A stretch of 64,000 nucleotides of DNA from NCBI RefSeq assembly GCF_009914755.1, contig NC_060934.1; one strand, 5' to 3'. Shown piece after piece: positions 13,849-30,061 of the stretch. Under the pieces are notes generated by a model. The model made no database searches, had not been told where the DNA came from, and saw only the letters and a list, made by a program, of their open reading frames with translations. Source of the stretch: the human T2T-CHM13v2.0 reference genome, Homo sapiens. A program made the position numbers and the translations under genes. Every line of letters starts with the position of its first letter. Position 1 is the first letter of the stretch.

Positions 13849-14570
13849 ACGACATAGTTTGGATCTGTGTTCCTGCCGCAGTCTCACGTGGAACTGCAGT
13901 CCCCAGTTTTGGAGGTGAGAGCGGATGGGAGGTGAATGGATCAGGGGAGTGGATTTTTCACAAATGGCTTCGCACCATTCCCTTGGTGCCGTCCTCACGA
14001 TAGTGAGAGTTCTCTCGAGATCTGATTGTTTCTAAGCGTGCGGCACCTCCCTCCTACCTCCCTCGTTGTTCTGGCCATACGATGAGCCTGCTGCCCTTTA
14101 CTTTCTGCCATGATTGCAGGCTTCCTGAGACCGCCCCAGAAGCCAAGCAGGTGCCAGCACCATACTTCCTCAATAGTTTGTTGAACCGTGAGCCAGTTAA
14201 ACCTCTTTTCTTGTCTTTTTTGTTAATTTTTTTGTGAGAAGGAGCCTCGCTCTGTTGCCCAGGCTGGAGTGCAGTGGCGTGATCTTGGCCTCCTGGGTTC
14301 AAGTGATTTTCCTGCCTCAGCCTCCCAAATAGGTGGAACTACAGGCTCACACCACGTCTGGCTAATTTTTGTATTTGTAGTAGAGACGGGGTTTCACCAT
14401 GTTGGCCAGGCTCGGTTCCAACTCCTGACCTCAGGTGATCCACCTGCCTCAGCCTCCCAAAGTGCTGGGATTACAGGCTTGAGCCCCTATTCCTGGCCTA
14501 AACCTCTTTTATTTATAAATTACCCAGTCTCAGATATTTCTTTATAGCAACACAAGAACAACCTAATACA
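13849..14570 (+). mobile_element. MST (MSTA/B) MaLR LTR interrupted by an Alu
   Basis: MST body, end ttacccagtctcagatatttctttatagcaaca...ctaataca. Confidence 0.85.
14205..14497 (-). mobile_element. AluS inside the MST LTR
   Basis: TSD taaacctctttt. Confidence 0.9.
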
Positions 14571-14979
14571 AAAGTAAACAAACAAACAAACAAAAAAAAC
14601 CCAACAACCCAAGACCATGAAGAAGTTTAGGGAGAAACTTCCACTTGGGATAAAGCAGTTGTGTGAGGTGGCAATTTCTAGAACTGCAACCTGGCACCAT
14701 GAGGCGACAGACCTAAGAGCCAAGCCAGCAGCTGCAGGTGCCAAAAACCAGACAACCTGAGCCACAAATGACCAATCCCAGACCCATGCCACCTGGGCTT
14801 CCTGTTACAGGAGATGATAGACCCCCTCCTGCTTAAGCTGCTTTGGGTACCATTTCAAAGCCAAACGCATCCTCCCTGATTCACCCCATAGGGTCAAGAG
14901 CAGCCCAGACGATGTGGCAAACGGCAGTAGTGCCTGAAGAGCAGGCCTGGTCTTGACTCAATTGTAGGGGCAGAAACTC

Positions 14980-15848
<869 letters not shown>

Positions 15849-16154
15849 TAAAAAGTTTAGAAATATACTTCATGATTCCTCAGCACAGTGCCTGGCTAAC
15901 AGATACCCAGCAATTACTAATTACCCAAATACTCCTCTATTTGTGTAGTCAGGGGTCAGGGTGAGCTAAGGAGCAGGGTGGGAAACCATAGTTACAGCAT
16001 CTCCTCTGCCAGGACTGTCAGAGCTGGAAGGGGCCTTACAAACCATTCCCTCCAAACTCCTTGGTTTATAGCCAAATAATCAGAGGCCCAGAGAGGGTAA
16101 GCAGTGTGGCCTGGATCTCATGGCTGGTCAAAGCCAGAGCCTCTTCCAAGCTCA

Positions 16155-16688
<534 letters not shown>

Positions 16689-18706
16689 TCATTATTTCAT
16701 TATCTTTGAGTGTGTCGTCTGTGTGTGTTTGGGAGAGATGGGGAGAAAAGCCAGGACAGAGAAAGACGGAGGCGGGAGAGAGACAGTCTGAGTCCTGGTG
16801 CCCCTGAGGATGGAAACTCCCCCACCCTGGGTTCAAGGCTTATCTGCCTGTTGGCCACAGAAAGCAGCTGCCAGGCAGGGAGATTTATAAGGTGACATTC
16901 CAGCCCTGAGCAGTGTTGGGTAAACAGACCGAAGCCCAAGATGCTGGACGTGCCTCCAGTACTTTCGTACTAGGCTCTAGAAGCTTTCCCACCACAGTGA
17001 CAAATTACGCAGAAACAAAACACGAGGTGGGGCAGGGTGCAGTCGGGAGAGGCGAGAAATGTGGAAGATGGCCAGAGAGCTCAAGGCTGCGGGACCCTCC
17101 CTTAGAGCCAAAGGTTGGGACAAGTCAACACAGATAAAGAATCGCTTGGCTGCCTGAGCTCCGCCTGCCAGGTCACGTGCTGGGACTTCTGCCCTGACAC
17201 CCAGAATGGGCATTATCCCGACCCAAACAAGCAGGGTAACATGTGGGGAAGTGTCCCGTAGAATAGAAAGCATTCTGCACAAACGTAGGGATGTTGTGGT
17301 GACCCTCAGGCTTTCTTCCTCTCTGCAGTCTGGGTTGGTATTCCTAGAATAGGGTCTCTCAGTGGGAGATAAAGTGGGCAAGAGGTAGAAGAGTAGTGCC
17401 AACAACAGGGAAGAGGCCAAGACATGCGCCTTTCCCTTCGCAACCTGGATGGCCTCCGAGGTGTCGTCAGGGAGCACCACCTTCCAGAAACATCTCTGTG
17501 CAGTGCTGCGTGAGCACCGGCTGGGAATTCCACAGACCTAAGTTCCGGCCCACATTCTGCCAAGTCAGTGGCTTGAGCAAATGGCTTCAGCCCACCAAGT
17601 CTGTCTCCTCATCTGTGAGATGAGGATCAGAACAGTATGCACATCACAGGGTTATTGTGAAAATCTAGCATCCCAAGAGCCTGCCAAGTGGCCGCTACCT
17701 ACTAAATCCACTCTTGCCAAAAATATGTCAGGAAAGAAAAAGGCAGGTGGGTCAACTCATTGCTGAAGACCAACATCTCCTTTAAAGCCAAATAATAATG
17801 GGATCCAAATAACATTCGGGGTGGAGGGAAAAAAATCTTCCATCGGTCTAAAGTTGTCCTAGCCACAGTCTATGTCACAAATCTATTTACAGACATGGTC
17901 ATTGTGAGCCTTTGCAAAGGATTTTGGCATAAACAATTTTCCCCGGAGGCTCTGGGACCACGGCATGAAGCAACCTAGCTCTCTGTGGAAGTGTTTTCTC
18001 TTGAGCTTGAAGCAACTCAGGACAGCTGGTGCAGTCTGTTAAATTGACTTTCAAAGGAAGGCTTTGCATGAGGAAGTTAATGGAGCTTAAGTGCATTTCA
18101 TGGTGGAAACAGAGGGTCTCCCACCCCTAAGTAATTAGATGAAATCAGCACAATTTCCATTTCAGCCCTTTCCTTGGTTCATGCTGCTCAACCCCTCATG
18201 AAGCTTCCAAGTAGCTAGCTGCAGGCTGAACTTAAAATATTCCATAAATATGGAGAAATACCCCCACTGACCCATTTTTGAAGGGTATGCATAGGAGGAA
18301 ATGTAAACCTCTGATAAGGAATAAAGGATTACTTGGACCCGTATATGCTAAGTGCCAAGCCAGACAGATGGGCAAACATCACATTTTATGAGATTGATTG
18401 TAAATAATGGAACGTTGCTCTCTGAAAAGATTGAAAGTAAGTTTGATAAAAGGCCAAGAAGAATGAAAACAGAAACTGCTATCTTCATGCTGTGTAAGAG
18501 CTCCCAAATTTCTCCAGGCCTTCTTCGGCTTCTCTGAAGTGGAAGGATTTGATATGACAAATTCTCCTGTCACATAGACACCCTCCCTGAAAGTAATTGG
18601 CTTTGCATTCAAGAAAAACACGTAACGATCAGTAAGCCCCCAAATCTCAAGGTTGCAAGAATAAAACTTGATGCATTAATGAAGTGCCATAATAAAATGG
18701 GCTTTT

Positions 18707-19069
<363 letters not shown>

Positions 19070-19963
19070 TCAAGGGGTCAGAAGGAAAAGCTAAGTCCTA
19101 AGTGGTATAAAATGACATCAAACATTACAGGGATTTTTAAGTGTGAAAAACACTCAAAAATCATTCAGAATACACAAGAGTAAAGTTTTTCCCAAGTAAT
19201 GCATCAAACATAGATCAGGAAGGTTATTTTTATTTATAGCTAAAAGCTTAGGAAGCCAATTTTCTTCTTTTCCTTCTTTTTGGCTAGGGTTGACAGCTTT
19301 TATATGGTTTCTTCCAAGCTTTATGTGTGTGTTTTCATAAAAAGATTTAAACTTACATACTTATATACACTATTTTCCACCTCCATTCTTCCCTCATCAA
19401 AAGTAATGGGATCTATGCTTTTTATTTGGTTAAGAGACCTTGGCTGTTTTAAAAATACGTCTGCAGTTAAACACCACTTTCAACTAGTGAAAGAAAATAG
19501 CTGTGGGAAAGAAGAGGCAATTGAGACTGGGTTTCATTAACACATTAAGCGATCATATTTTTTCTTTATTTAGAAGGCTGCTTTACCTCCTCTCAAGATA
19601 CAGACTATGACCAAACATAGGCCAACTGCTCACTCCATCTCCTCTTTGCTTCTGAGATCTCTTAACCTTGTTGACCTTTACAATCCATCTCTCTTCCTCT
19701 ATCTCTAAACAGCACCATTCACAATGATCCTTTTCACTGGTATGGCATTGAGACTTATCAAATCCACATGCTAATCCCAATAACAGCAGCAAATACACAC
19801 ATAGCACTTCCCACGTCTTCAACACTTTCTAAAGAGTTTCATATATACTAACACATTAAATCATATGTTCTATCTGTTCCTCATAATGATCCTATAGGGG
19901 TTATTATGTATGTTGCCTAATTCCTGCCTTCCTTCCTATTGAACTCCAGTTTTGTTTTCCGGG

Positions 19964-20264
19964 TTTTTTTTTTTTTTTTTTTCAGACAGGATCTCACTCT
20001 AACCCAGGCTGGAGTGCAGTGGCATGATCTTGGCTCACTGCAACCTCCTTCTCCCGGATTCAAGTGATCCTCCGCCTCAGCCTCCCATGTAACTGGGAAT
20101 ACAGGCGTGCACCACCCATGCCCAGCGAATTTTTTGTATTTTTAGTAGAGATGGGGTTTCACCATGTTGTTCTGGCTGGTCTCAAACTCCTGACCTGAAA
20201 GTGATCCACCCAGCTCAGCCTCCCAAAGTGCTGGGATTACAGGCGTGAGCCACCAAGCCTGGCC
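19964..20264 (-). mobile_element. AluS
   Basis: TSD tgaactccagtttt. Confidence 0.92.
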
Positions 20265-20472
20265 TGAACTCCAGTTTTCTTAAAGTTGCACTGTCTTTCA
20301 CGTGGCCATTACTTCAGGGCGGGATGTCCCAGGAGGCGAGTCGTTATTGGTCTAAGCTAATTAAGCAGGCCTACAAGGTACAAGTCAGTGATACAACTCT
20401 GGCCAATGACATGTGAGAAAAAGCTTGCTGGTTGTGGAGAGGGAGAAGTTGCTCATGAGAATCACATTTTCC

Positions 20473-20795
<323 letters not shown>

Positions 20796-21231
20796 TTATA
20801 AAAGCCACACCAAAATAATCTCTCCCTCTTTCAGATCTTGTTGGGTCTGTAGTTTATGCCTGGAAGTGCTGCAGCCTTTTTGCATCCATGAAGGAATCTA
20901 GCCTGAGAACAACAGTACCACGAAGAGAGAATGCCGAGCCAAGAGAATCACTAAGAGGGGACCCAGATCCCTGATTAACCCGTGCCTGGAGCTACCACTA
21001 CCTTTGCTTTCTTGCCTCATGTGATAATACATTTCCTCACTGTTTGAAATTCATTGAGTCCAGTTTTCTCTTACTTGTAGCCAAAGGCATCCTTAACAAC
21101 GTAACTGACTCCACTTTGCAGATGAAGAAAGAGACAAAGAGGGCAAGTGACACCTACAGTCACACCACTGGTAAATGTATTAAGAACATGCAGGCATTAG
21201 GGAGTAAAGTTTATACATAATTTAAAGTCGT

Positions 21232-21770
21232 ATGTAGGAGTTTAGGACAGGCCACCCCAAAATATGCTGCTTTGGCATAAAGACTACTTTGAGCTGGAGG
21301 AACTTGAAAAACAGTACATGCAGACAGTGGCTTTCTCTGAATTCCCTTTATCTGCCTAAAGACAAAACCTCCAAAAGGAGCTCAGTTGTCGTCAGTACCC
21401 CCACCCCTGGGAGTTTCATCAACCAGGGAAAATTAACTCTTATCACAGGAGAGGAGAATGGAGGTGACATCACACCCAAGGTTTGTCACAAGCTATCACT
21501 TATTCTGAGGGTCTATTCATCTTTCCCCAAAATCATTTTCTCTCCCCTAAATTGCCTACATCCCCCATCCCTGCTTTCCCCAAAAAGAGGGTATATAACC
21601 TTCTAAATCTCACTGTTTTAAGGGGTATGACTTTTTTTCCTATGATGTCCCTGTGCACTTAATAAACTTGTGTATCTTTTATCCTGTTAATCTGCCTGTT
21701 GTCAGTTTATTTCATAGACCCAGTTACTAAACCTTGGAAATTAGAGGGAAAATCTTCTCCCTCCTCCCTC
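21232..21770 (+). mobile_element. MER34-type ERV1 LTR
   Basis: tgtaggag...ccaccccaaaatatgc...ttggcataa...tttgagctg; aataaa at 21661. Confidence 0.7.
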
Positions 21771-22491
21771 CCAAAGGACTTCCAAACATATTTTATAAAT
21801 TATATGTACATATACTGTCATAGTCACATATACACACCATAACTAAAATTATGGTTCAGTTCACCAACTAGAGTTCAATATAAATTTACGATTCCTACTC
21901 CCGATGATTGTTAGATTTTTGAGTGTACGTAAGAGAGATGTCACTCACAGTGTCACAAGACACATAGAAAGGCAAATATATCTTTTCTTAAACACTAATT
22001 TTTTGCTGTAACAGTACATCTTTAAAAACCAAGTGATTAGCCATGACATTCAAAGTATAAACAATTTGTCATTCGTTGTTAATGCTTCTTTTCTCATGTA
22101 ATCATGAGTCATTAACTTTTGGATGCCAGCAGTTTGGAATTTTCTGTCTATAAGGAGACATCATGCAAGACAGAATGCCAAGTTGGCTCAGCCCTAAAGA
22201 GAAGGCTTCGTGATATACACACGTTGTAAATGGCACATGGAGAAGGTGTCTGCACCAAAGTATCTAGAGAATAGGATTCAGAACACAGTTCACATTGGAT
22301 GATAAATCATTGAGTCTTATGAAAGTGAATAAGGAGTTCATTTTTGATGACCACAAATCATTAAGTTTCTCCAGCACAGAGTGAATCCACCATCCCAGGC
22401 ATTTTCTTAGGTCCCCTTTGCAAGCCTTTCACGAGATGTTCCCAAGGCTGGGCCTCACTCTATCATCGTCTGTGGGCAATAAGCCCCTGGC

Positions 22492-22730
22492 AGTAGCGTA
22501 AATAGGCTGTGCTGAAGTCAAAGCCCACAAACTCAGTTTCTCGTTTCTCAACCTTACTCAGTTACCAGCCTTACTCATATTACTATATGGTACTCAGTTA
22601 CCAGCCTTACTCATATTACTATATGGTACTCAGTTACCAGCCTTACTCATATTACTATATGAGCAAGGTTGAGAAACTAGAAACTGAGGGGCTGTGGGCT
22701 TTGAATTCAGCACAGCCTATTTACGCTACT
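22492..22730. repeat. Long inverted repeat (arms 22492-22560 and 22660-22730) enclosing a 36-bp x3 tandem repeat (22555-22661)
   Basis: Right arm reverse-complements to the left arm with ~5 differences; unit tactcagttaccagccttactcatattactatatgg. Confidence 0.92.
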
Positions 22731-24271
22731 ATCTATAGGAAGAATCTCCCTTCCCCAGCCTGCTAGTTTTTGTGTAATGAGTCTTGCATTACAAGCATGC
22801 TCCTGGCTTCTCCCCAGACCCTCACACCCCTCCGGGAACAGGCAGGGACTCTGATTCCTGTACTTGCAAACAGGAACAAAGCATGCCTAGCTCTCCCCTT
22901 TTCCTCTTGGGAGCCAGCTGGCCACAGGGAGTTCCCAGTCCAGTCTGCTTCTTATCGAAGCAGAAAATTTTAGAGCATCAGACACACCCCAGACATGGGC
23001 TACGGTTTTCCAAAGCGACCTGTGCCTCCTAAGTCCATCTAACCCTGAGGTTGGGAATCATCCCTCTTGCCTACAGATACAAGCCACACTGTATCATCTT
23101 CATCAGTTAAGAAAGGAAATCTTTGACTCAGTTAAGTCAGAAAGTGGGTGAGGAAACCAGTATTTATTGGGCGCCTTCAAATTCCAACGTGTTCTAAAAT
23201 GAAGAGGTTTAACCATACCTTACTTTGTATAGCACTTGACAATGTTCAAAACAGTTTCCCGTATCTTATCTCTTTGGGTCTCCTCAACAAACCTGGGAGG
23301 AAGGCAGGGTGTGGAAATGGAAACCCAGCTATTTTAAACGAACTGTCCAGGGTAACAGCCTGTATCATCTTCCAGATCTCTTTTGCTGGAGTCCCTTCAT
23401 CTTCTGGGCTTCCTCCAGCTTTCTAAGGAGTTGAACAAGCTGAGCGATTTACCCAGGGTGAGGCAGCTGTGAAACCATGCCCCTCTCCACCTTCTCCCAT
23501 AAATCAGTTTTGACTTTTTAAAGGCTGGTTCCATATGCAATGTATTGACTTTTGTGCCATTCCATAAACAGCATAGGTCTTCCTATAGTGAAATGAACCC
23601 AGAACAGCTCCAAGAGGTGACTTCTCCACCAAATGAACAGACATCAGCATAAGGTAATGAGGAAACAAATAATATATCATATTCTTTTGGTGGTGTTATA
23701 ATCTCCCAGTAACTAACCACAAAGAAATTAAGATATGTGAACTGCCTAAGAATTCAAAATAATTATTTTATGTTCAATGAACCTCAAAAAATCAGAGAAA
23801 TATCCCAATGAGTCAGGAAAATAATAAATAATCAACATTAGAAATTTAATAGATATTACAATTATTTTTAAAAAATCAAATTCTGGAGCTGAAAAATACA
23901 ATTAATAAAAAGTTCAATAGAAAATATCAACAGCAAAATTGATCAAGGAGAAAAAAAGTCTGTGAACTCAAAGACAGGTTATTTGAAAATATGCAGCCAG
24001 CAAAGAAAGGAAAAAAGTGAAAAGGGATGAAGAAAGCTTCAGGATTTATGGGACAACATCAAAAGAACAAAAATACTTGAGTTACAGGAATTAAGGGAAA
24101 AAAACATAGGGGCAAAGGGGTAGGCAAGCTTAAACAATAGCAGAAAACATGCCAATTCTAGGGAAAGACACAAATATCCAGGTAAAAGAAAGTCAAAGTT
24201 CTCTAATCAGATTCAATCCAAACAAGACTATCCCAAGACATATTATCATCACACTGTCAAGTATAAAGACA

Positions 24272-24608
<337 letters not shown>

Positions 24609-26674
24609 GAGTATCCTAAAAGGAACAAGAGAAAACAGGAAAACAATATATAAAGAAGTTCCAATAAGGCTAGTGGCAGATTTCTCAGTAGAAACCTAAG
24701 CCGTGAAAAAGTGGGATGATATATTCAAAGTATTGCAGGAAAAAACTTGTCAACCAAGAACACTGTACCTAGCAAGGCTGTACTTCAGAAATGGAGAGAA
24801 AGACTTTTCCCAACAAACAAAAGCTTAGTAAGTTCATCACCAACAGACCTGTCTTACAAGAAAGGTTAAAGAGAGTTCTTCAAGCTGAAAGAAGATGCTA
24901 ATGGGTAACAGGAAAATACATCAAAGTATAAAACTCATTTGTAAAAGTAAGTAGTCAAATTCAGAACAGTCTAATATTATAATGGTGGTATGTAAGTAAC
25001 ATTTATCTTTAGTATGAAGGTTAAAAGACGAAACTATTTAAAATAATAGCTATAATTTTTTAAGGGATATACAAGATGTAAACTGTGACATCAAAAACAC
25101 AAAATGGGGAGGTGGATTAAAAGTATGGAGTATTATCATGCAATCAAGGTTAAGTTATTTACAGCTTAAAATAAATAGCCCATTACAGTATCTTTTATGT
25201 AAGCCTCAAGGTAATCACAAAGCAAAAATCTATAGTAGATACACCAAAGATAGAAAGTAAGGAATCAAAGCAAACTATGAGAGAAAATCATCTAATCATA
25301 AAGAAGACAGCAAGAGAGGAAGAAAGGAACAAAGGAACAAGCAAAAAACAATTAACAAAATGGCAATAGTACATCCTTACCTATCAATAATTATCTTGAG
25401 TGTAAACAGATTAAAATCTCCTATAAAAGACAAACTACACACCTGATAAGAAGTTAATATTCAAAACATACAGGGAACTGAAACTACTCAATAGCATGTA
25501 AACAAGTCAATTAAAAAATGGGCAAAGGACCCAAATAGACATTTCTCTAAAGACGACATACAAATGGCCCAAAGGTAAATAAGAAAATGCTCAACATCAC
25601 GAATCATCAGGGAAAAGGAGATTAAAACCATAATGAACTGTCATCTCACACCTGTTAGAATGACTATAATAAAAAAGACAAGCAATAAATGATGATGAGG
25701 ATGTGGAGAAAAGAGAACCTTTGTAACAGTTGGTGGGAATGTAAATTAGTACACCACTATAGAAAACAGTATGGAGTTTCCTCAAAAAATTAAAAATAGA
25801 TTGGAAATTATGTTCAATTATGGTAAATTATGGTAAATATATAACAACACACACCCACAAATTAAAAATAGAATTACCCAAGGTAATTTAGTACATAAGA
25901 TTCAGAAGCTTACGTACCCAGTAGTAAACTGACTACTGGGTACATATCCAAAGGATATGATAACAGTATGAAAAAGAAGCCAACCTAAGTGTTTATTGAC
26001 AGATGAATGGATAAAAAAAGTTTTTTTATATAATATATATGGTAGGATATTATTCATTCTTAAAAAAATTTTAGAAATTTTTTAATATTTTAAAAAATAT
26101 TTTAATAATTTTAATATTTAATATTCTAATATTTTTAAAAAATATTTTTAAGATATTCATTCTTAAAAAAAAAAGAGGAAATCCTGTCATTTGTGACAAC
26201 ATGGATGAACCTGGAGGAAATTATGTTAAGTGAACTAAACCAGTCACAGAAAAGCAAAATACCATGTGATCTCAGTTATATGTGGAGTATAAAAAAGTCA
26301 AACTCATAGAAACAGAGGATAAGACAGAAAAATAAAATACTTCAAAGGGACACAGTGTATGCCTATTTAATGAAGCCATTTTAATTTAAAACAGGATAGC
26401 CTGCAATGCCTTATCTCAAGTTAAATTAGCTTCTTGATGTATTTTGGTAGTGTTTTTTCTAATGTATGGGTTTTTAGGGTTTTTTCATCAATGGTGGTCT
26501 CCAAGATGGTAATTTAAAAGTTACAGGAAGGGGTGAGTCACAGCTTTTCCTGGCAAAGGCTGAAGGATGAGGGGTGAGGGGAGATGTTGGTCACAGACGC
26601 AAAATTTCAGTTACACCGGAGGAATGAGTTTACAAAATCTACTGCATATCGCGGCAACTACAGTCAATAACACT

Positions 26675-26798
26675 ATTATGGTGGTTCAATATACAATAGT
26701 TCAACTTTACCGTGGGTTCACTGGGGTATTAAATGCATTTTCAACTTACGGTGGGTTTATTGCTGTACAACCCCATCGTAAGTTGAGGTACATCTGTA
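26675..26798. mobile_element. Tigger/MER47-like DNA transposon fragment in the L1 3' UTR
   Basis: TIR-like aaccccatcgtaagttgaggtacatctg-TA. Confidence 0.65.
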
Positions 26799-26988
26799 GT
26801 ATGTATTGGAAAATTGCTAAAAGAGTAGATCTTAAGGTTCTCACCCCAAAAAAATAAGTTTGTGAGGTAGTATACATGTTAATTAGCTTGATGTAGCCAT
26901 TCTACAACGTATACATATATTTAAAATCATACTGTACACAATAAACATATACAACTTTTACTTAATTAAATAAATTAAAAGTCAGTCT

Positions 26989-27296
<308 letters not shown>

Positions 27297-27621
27297 TTGT
27301 CAGTCTGCAAACCAATAACTAAGCAACTATAAAGCACTTCGCAAAGTTTGGCCTATCATTAAACCCTTCTACTTCTCAACGTTCATTTTTTAAATCTGGA
27401 ATCTATCTACTTACTGATGTAATGTCAAGGCTTAAATATAAAGGTCTACAGAGTTACAGAATTTTGAAGGGAAGAAAAGCCTTATACCGTTAATGTGAAT
27501 CAGATCCCAAGCTGTCCACTGTCCACAGAGTGCTGCCTCCCTCCCTGTCCCCAGGGACTCATGAGCTATATTTACACCATGGAGTGTAACCCTAAGTAGC
27601 TGGCGTGAGCAGGAAAGGGGC

Positions 27622-27680
27622 CATCGTGGGCAGCTGAACCAATGCCTGGGGCATCGTGCGCAGCTGAAACAATGCCTGGG
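27622..27680. repeat. 30-bp tandem duplication
   Basis: catcgtg(g/c)gcagctgaa(c/a)caatgcctggg x2. Confidence 0.85.
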
Positions 27681-28076
27681 CAGAACATGCATGTGGCTTC
27701 TATCCTTTCGGAAAGGAATGAGGACATTTGCTTGCCTTAACAGGTCCTGCAGATTGGCCACAAATTGGTCTTTGAGAACCTTAGATCTCTCACTCAGAGC
27801 ACAGCTTCTCACTGTAGCCCACCGCAGATGGAGATGCAGAAAAGAAGGAACCCACACTCTAGGTCCTAAATGGCCTCCTTGCCAGATCCAGTGTCCTCCT
27901 GGCATCCTGAATGTCAGCTCCTGGCACTGCTGCCCTATTGTCCCCAGCAGCCTCTGTGCCTGGGTCCCGCCATGCCACAACCCCTGCTCTCCCGCCCGTG
28001 TTGTAACAGCTCCTTTGCTGTCTGCTGGACTGAGGTGTGTTCCCTCTTCTGGTCCCACCAGTGCCCAAGCCCCGAA

Positions 28077-28379
28077 GTTTTTATTTGTTTGTTTTCGAGA
28101 CAGAGTCTTGTACTGTTGCCCAGGCTGGAGTGCAGTGGCGCAATCTCAGCTCACTGCAACCTCCGCCTCCCAGGTTCAAGCGATTCTCCTTGCCTCAGCC
28201 TCCCAAGTCGCTGGAATTACAGGTGCCTGCCACCATGCCCGGCTAATTTTTTTGTATTTTTAGTAGAGACAGGGTTTCACTACGTTGGCCAGGCTGGTCT
28301 CAAACTCCTGACCTCGTGATCTGACCACCTCAGCCTCCCAAAGTGCTGCGATTACAGGTGTGAGCCACCATGCCCAGCC
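28077..28379 (-). mobile_element. AluS
   Basis: TSD ccgaagttttt. Confidence 0.92.
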
Positions 28380-28926
28380 CGAAGTTTTTGTCTTTACCCT
28401 CTGCTCTCTCCTGCCTCTCCTAATGCTGCCTTATGGCTTCAACTATCACCTCCTGTGCTGGGAGCCTGGACTTCTCTCCACCTAGCACACTGCTGCGTGC
28501 AGGACAGTAACTCACTATCAAACCACCACCTCATGCCATACACAATCCAACCAAGCTCACGCACCCACCCATGCCCTTAAACTCAACCCCACTCTCCACC
28601 CTCACTGGTTCCTGTGAGTTTCTTCATGTTTTCACCACATTTACAACCAAGCAGCCTCCAGCTTCCTCTTCCCCTCACCCCCAACTTCCAAAGCCACCTG
28701 GAGACTCATCCCTGCCATAGCCCCAGGCACACCCTTGGGCTTCTGCCTCAGTTTCCAGCCTGGCACTCTGGGTTTCCTGCTGGATCTGAATCCTGCCCTC
28801 AACCACATCCCATTCTGTGCTGGAGCTCTGACACCCTCCTACTACCTACCAAGTCCCCTTCACCCTGTCCCAAAGTCACCTAGAAACTCCAAGTCATATT
28901 CCAGAAGCTTTTAAAATGAGAAATTG

Positions 28927-29455
<529 letters not shown>

Positions 29456-30061
29456 AAGGACAATGTGGCAGCTACCATTGACTGTGCCCTTACTACGTGC
29501 CAGGTGCTCTGCTGGGGACCAGGAAAAGACAGATAAATAAGCCCAAGGCTTATTTCATTTAAGACCTGAGGGCTCTACTGTCAAAAAGTAGTCTGATGGA
29601 TTACAGGGGAAGGGAGTCACAATGAGACCTTCTCTAAAGGATGCAAGAACACAATATCACAGCATGGTGCAGGGCCCTGCACCCAGCCACGTGTCCCAGG
29701 TCCTGGGCCCGAGGACAGCGGCCCAGCCCACCAGTTAAGTCACAGCTGAATGGAGGGGGAGGAGGCTCTCCAGAGAGACTAACCAATGGGGGAAGGCCTG
29801 AGCAATGGAAATGGGTCAAAAGTCAGGCAACAGACTGGCCTCATCCCTGAATTCCTCAAGGAGCTCCCTTGGGGAATGCCACTGGTCCTTGCCGGTCTGT
29901 TCAGGAAAATGTAGGAGGAGCCAACCATGTTCTTCCTACGTGGAAGTCTCCCCTAAAAGGTCATACGCAGTGATTACTGGGTGGGTTCCCAGCACAACCC
30001 TGTCCATGATAAGGTGTCAGTTTCCTTTTACTCACTGTACTCGTTACCCAACTTCTACTGG

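Noticed and set aside
22555-22661. 36-bp repeats as a CRISPR array, or the SYQPYSYYYMVL repeat ORF as a gene
   Set aside because: Units are head-to-tail with no unique spacers, there are no cas genes, and the DNA is eukaryotic; the ORF is a by-product of a 36-nt unit
27432-28319. 208/190/149-aa ORFs
   Set aside because: No domain similarity, overlapping on both strands, partly Alu-derived
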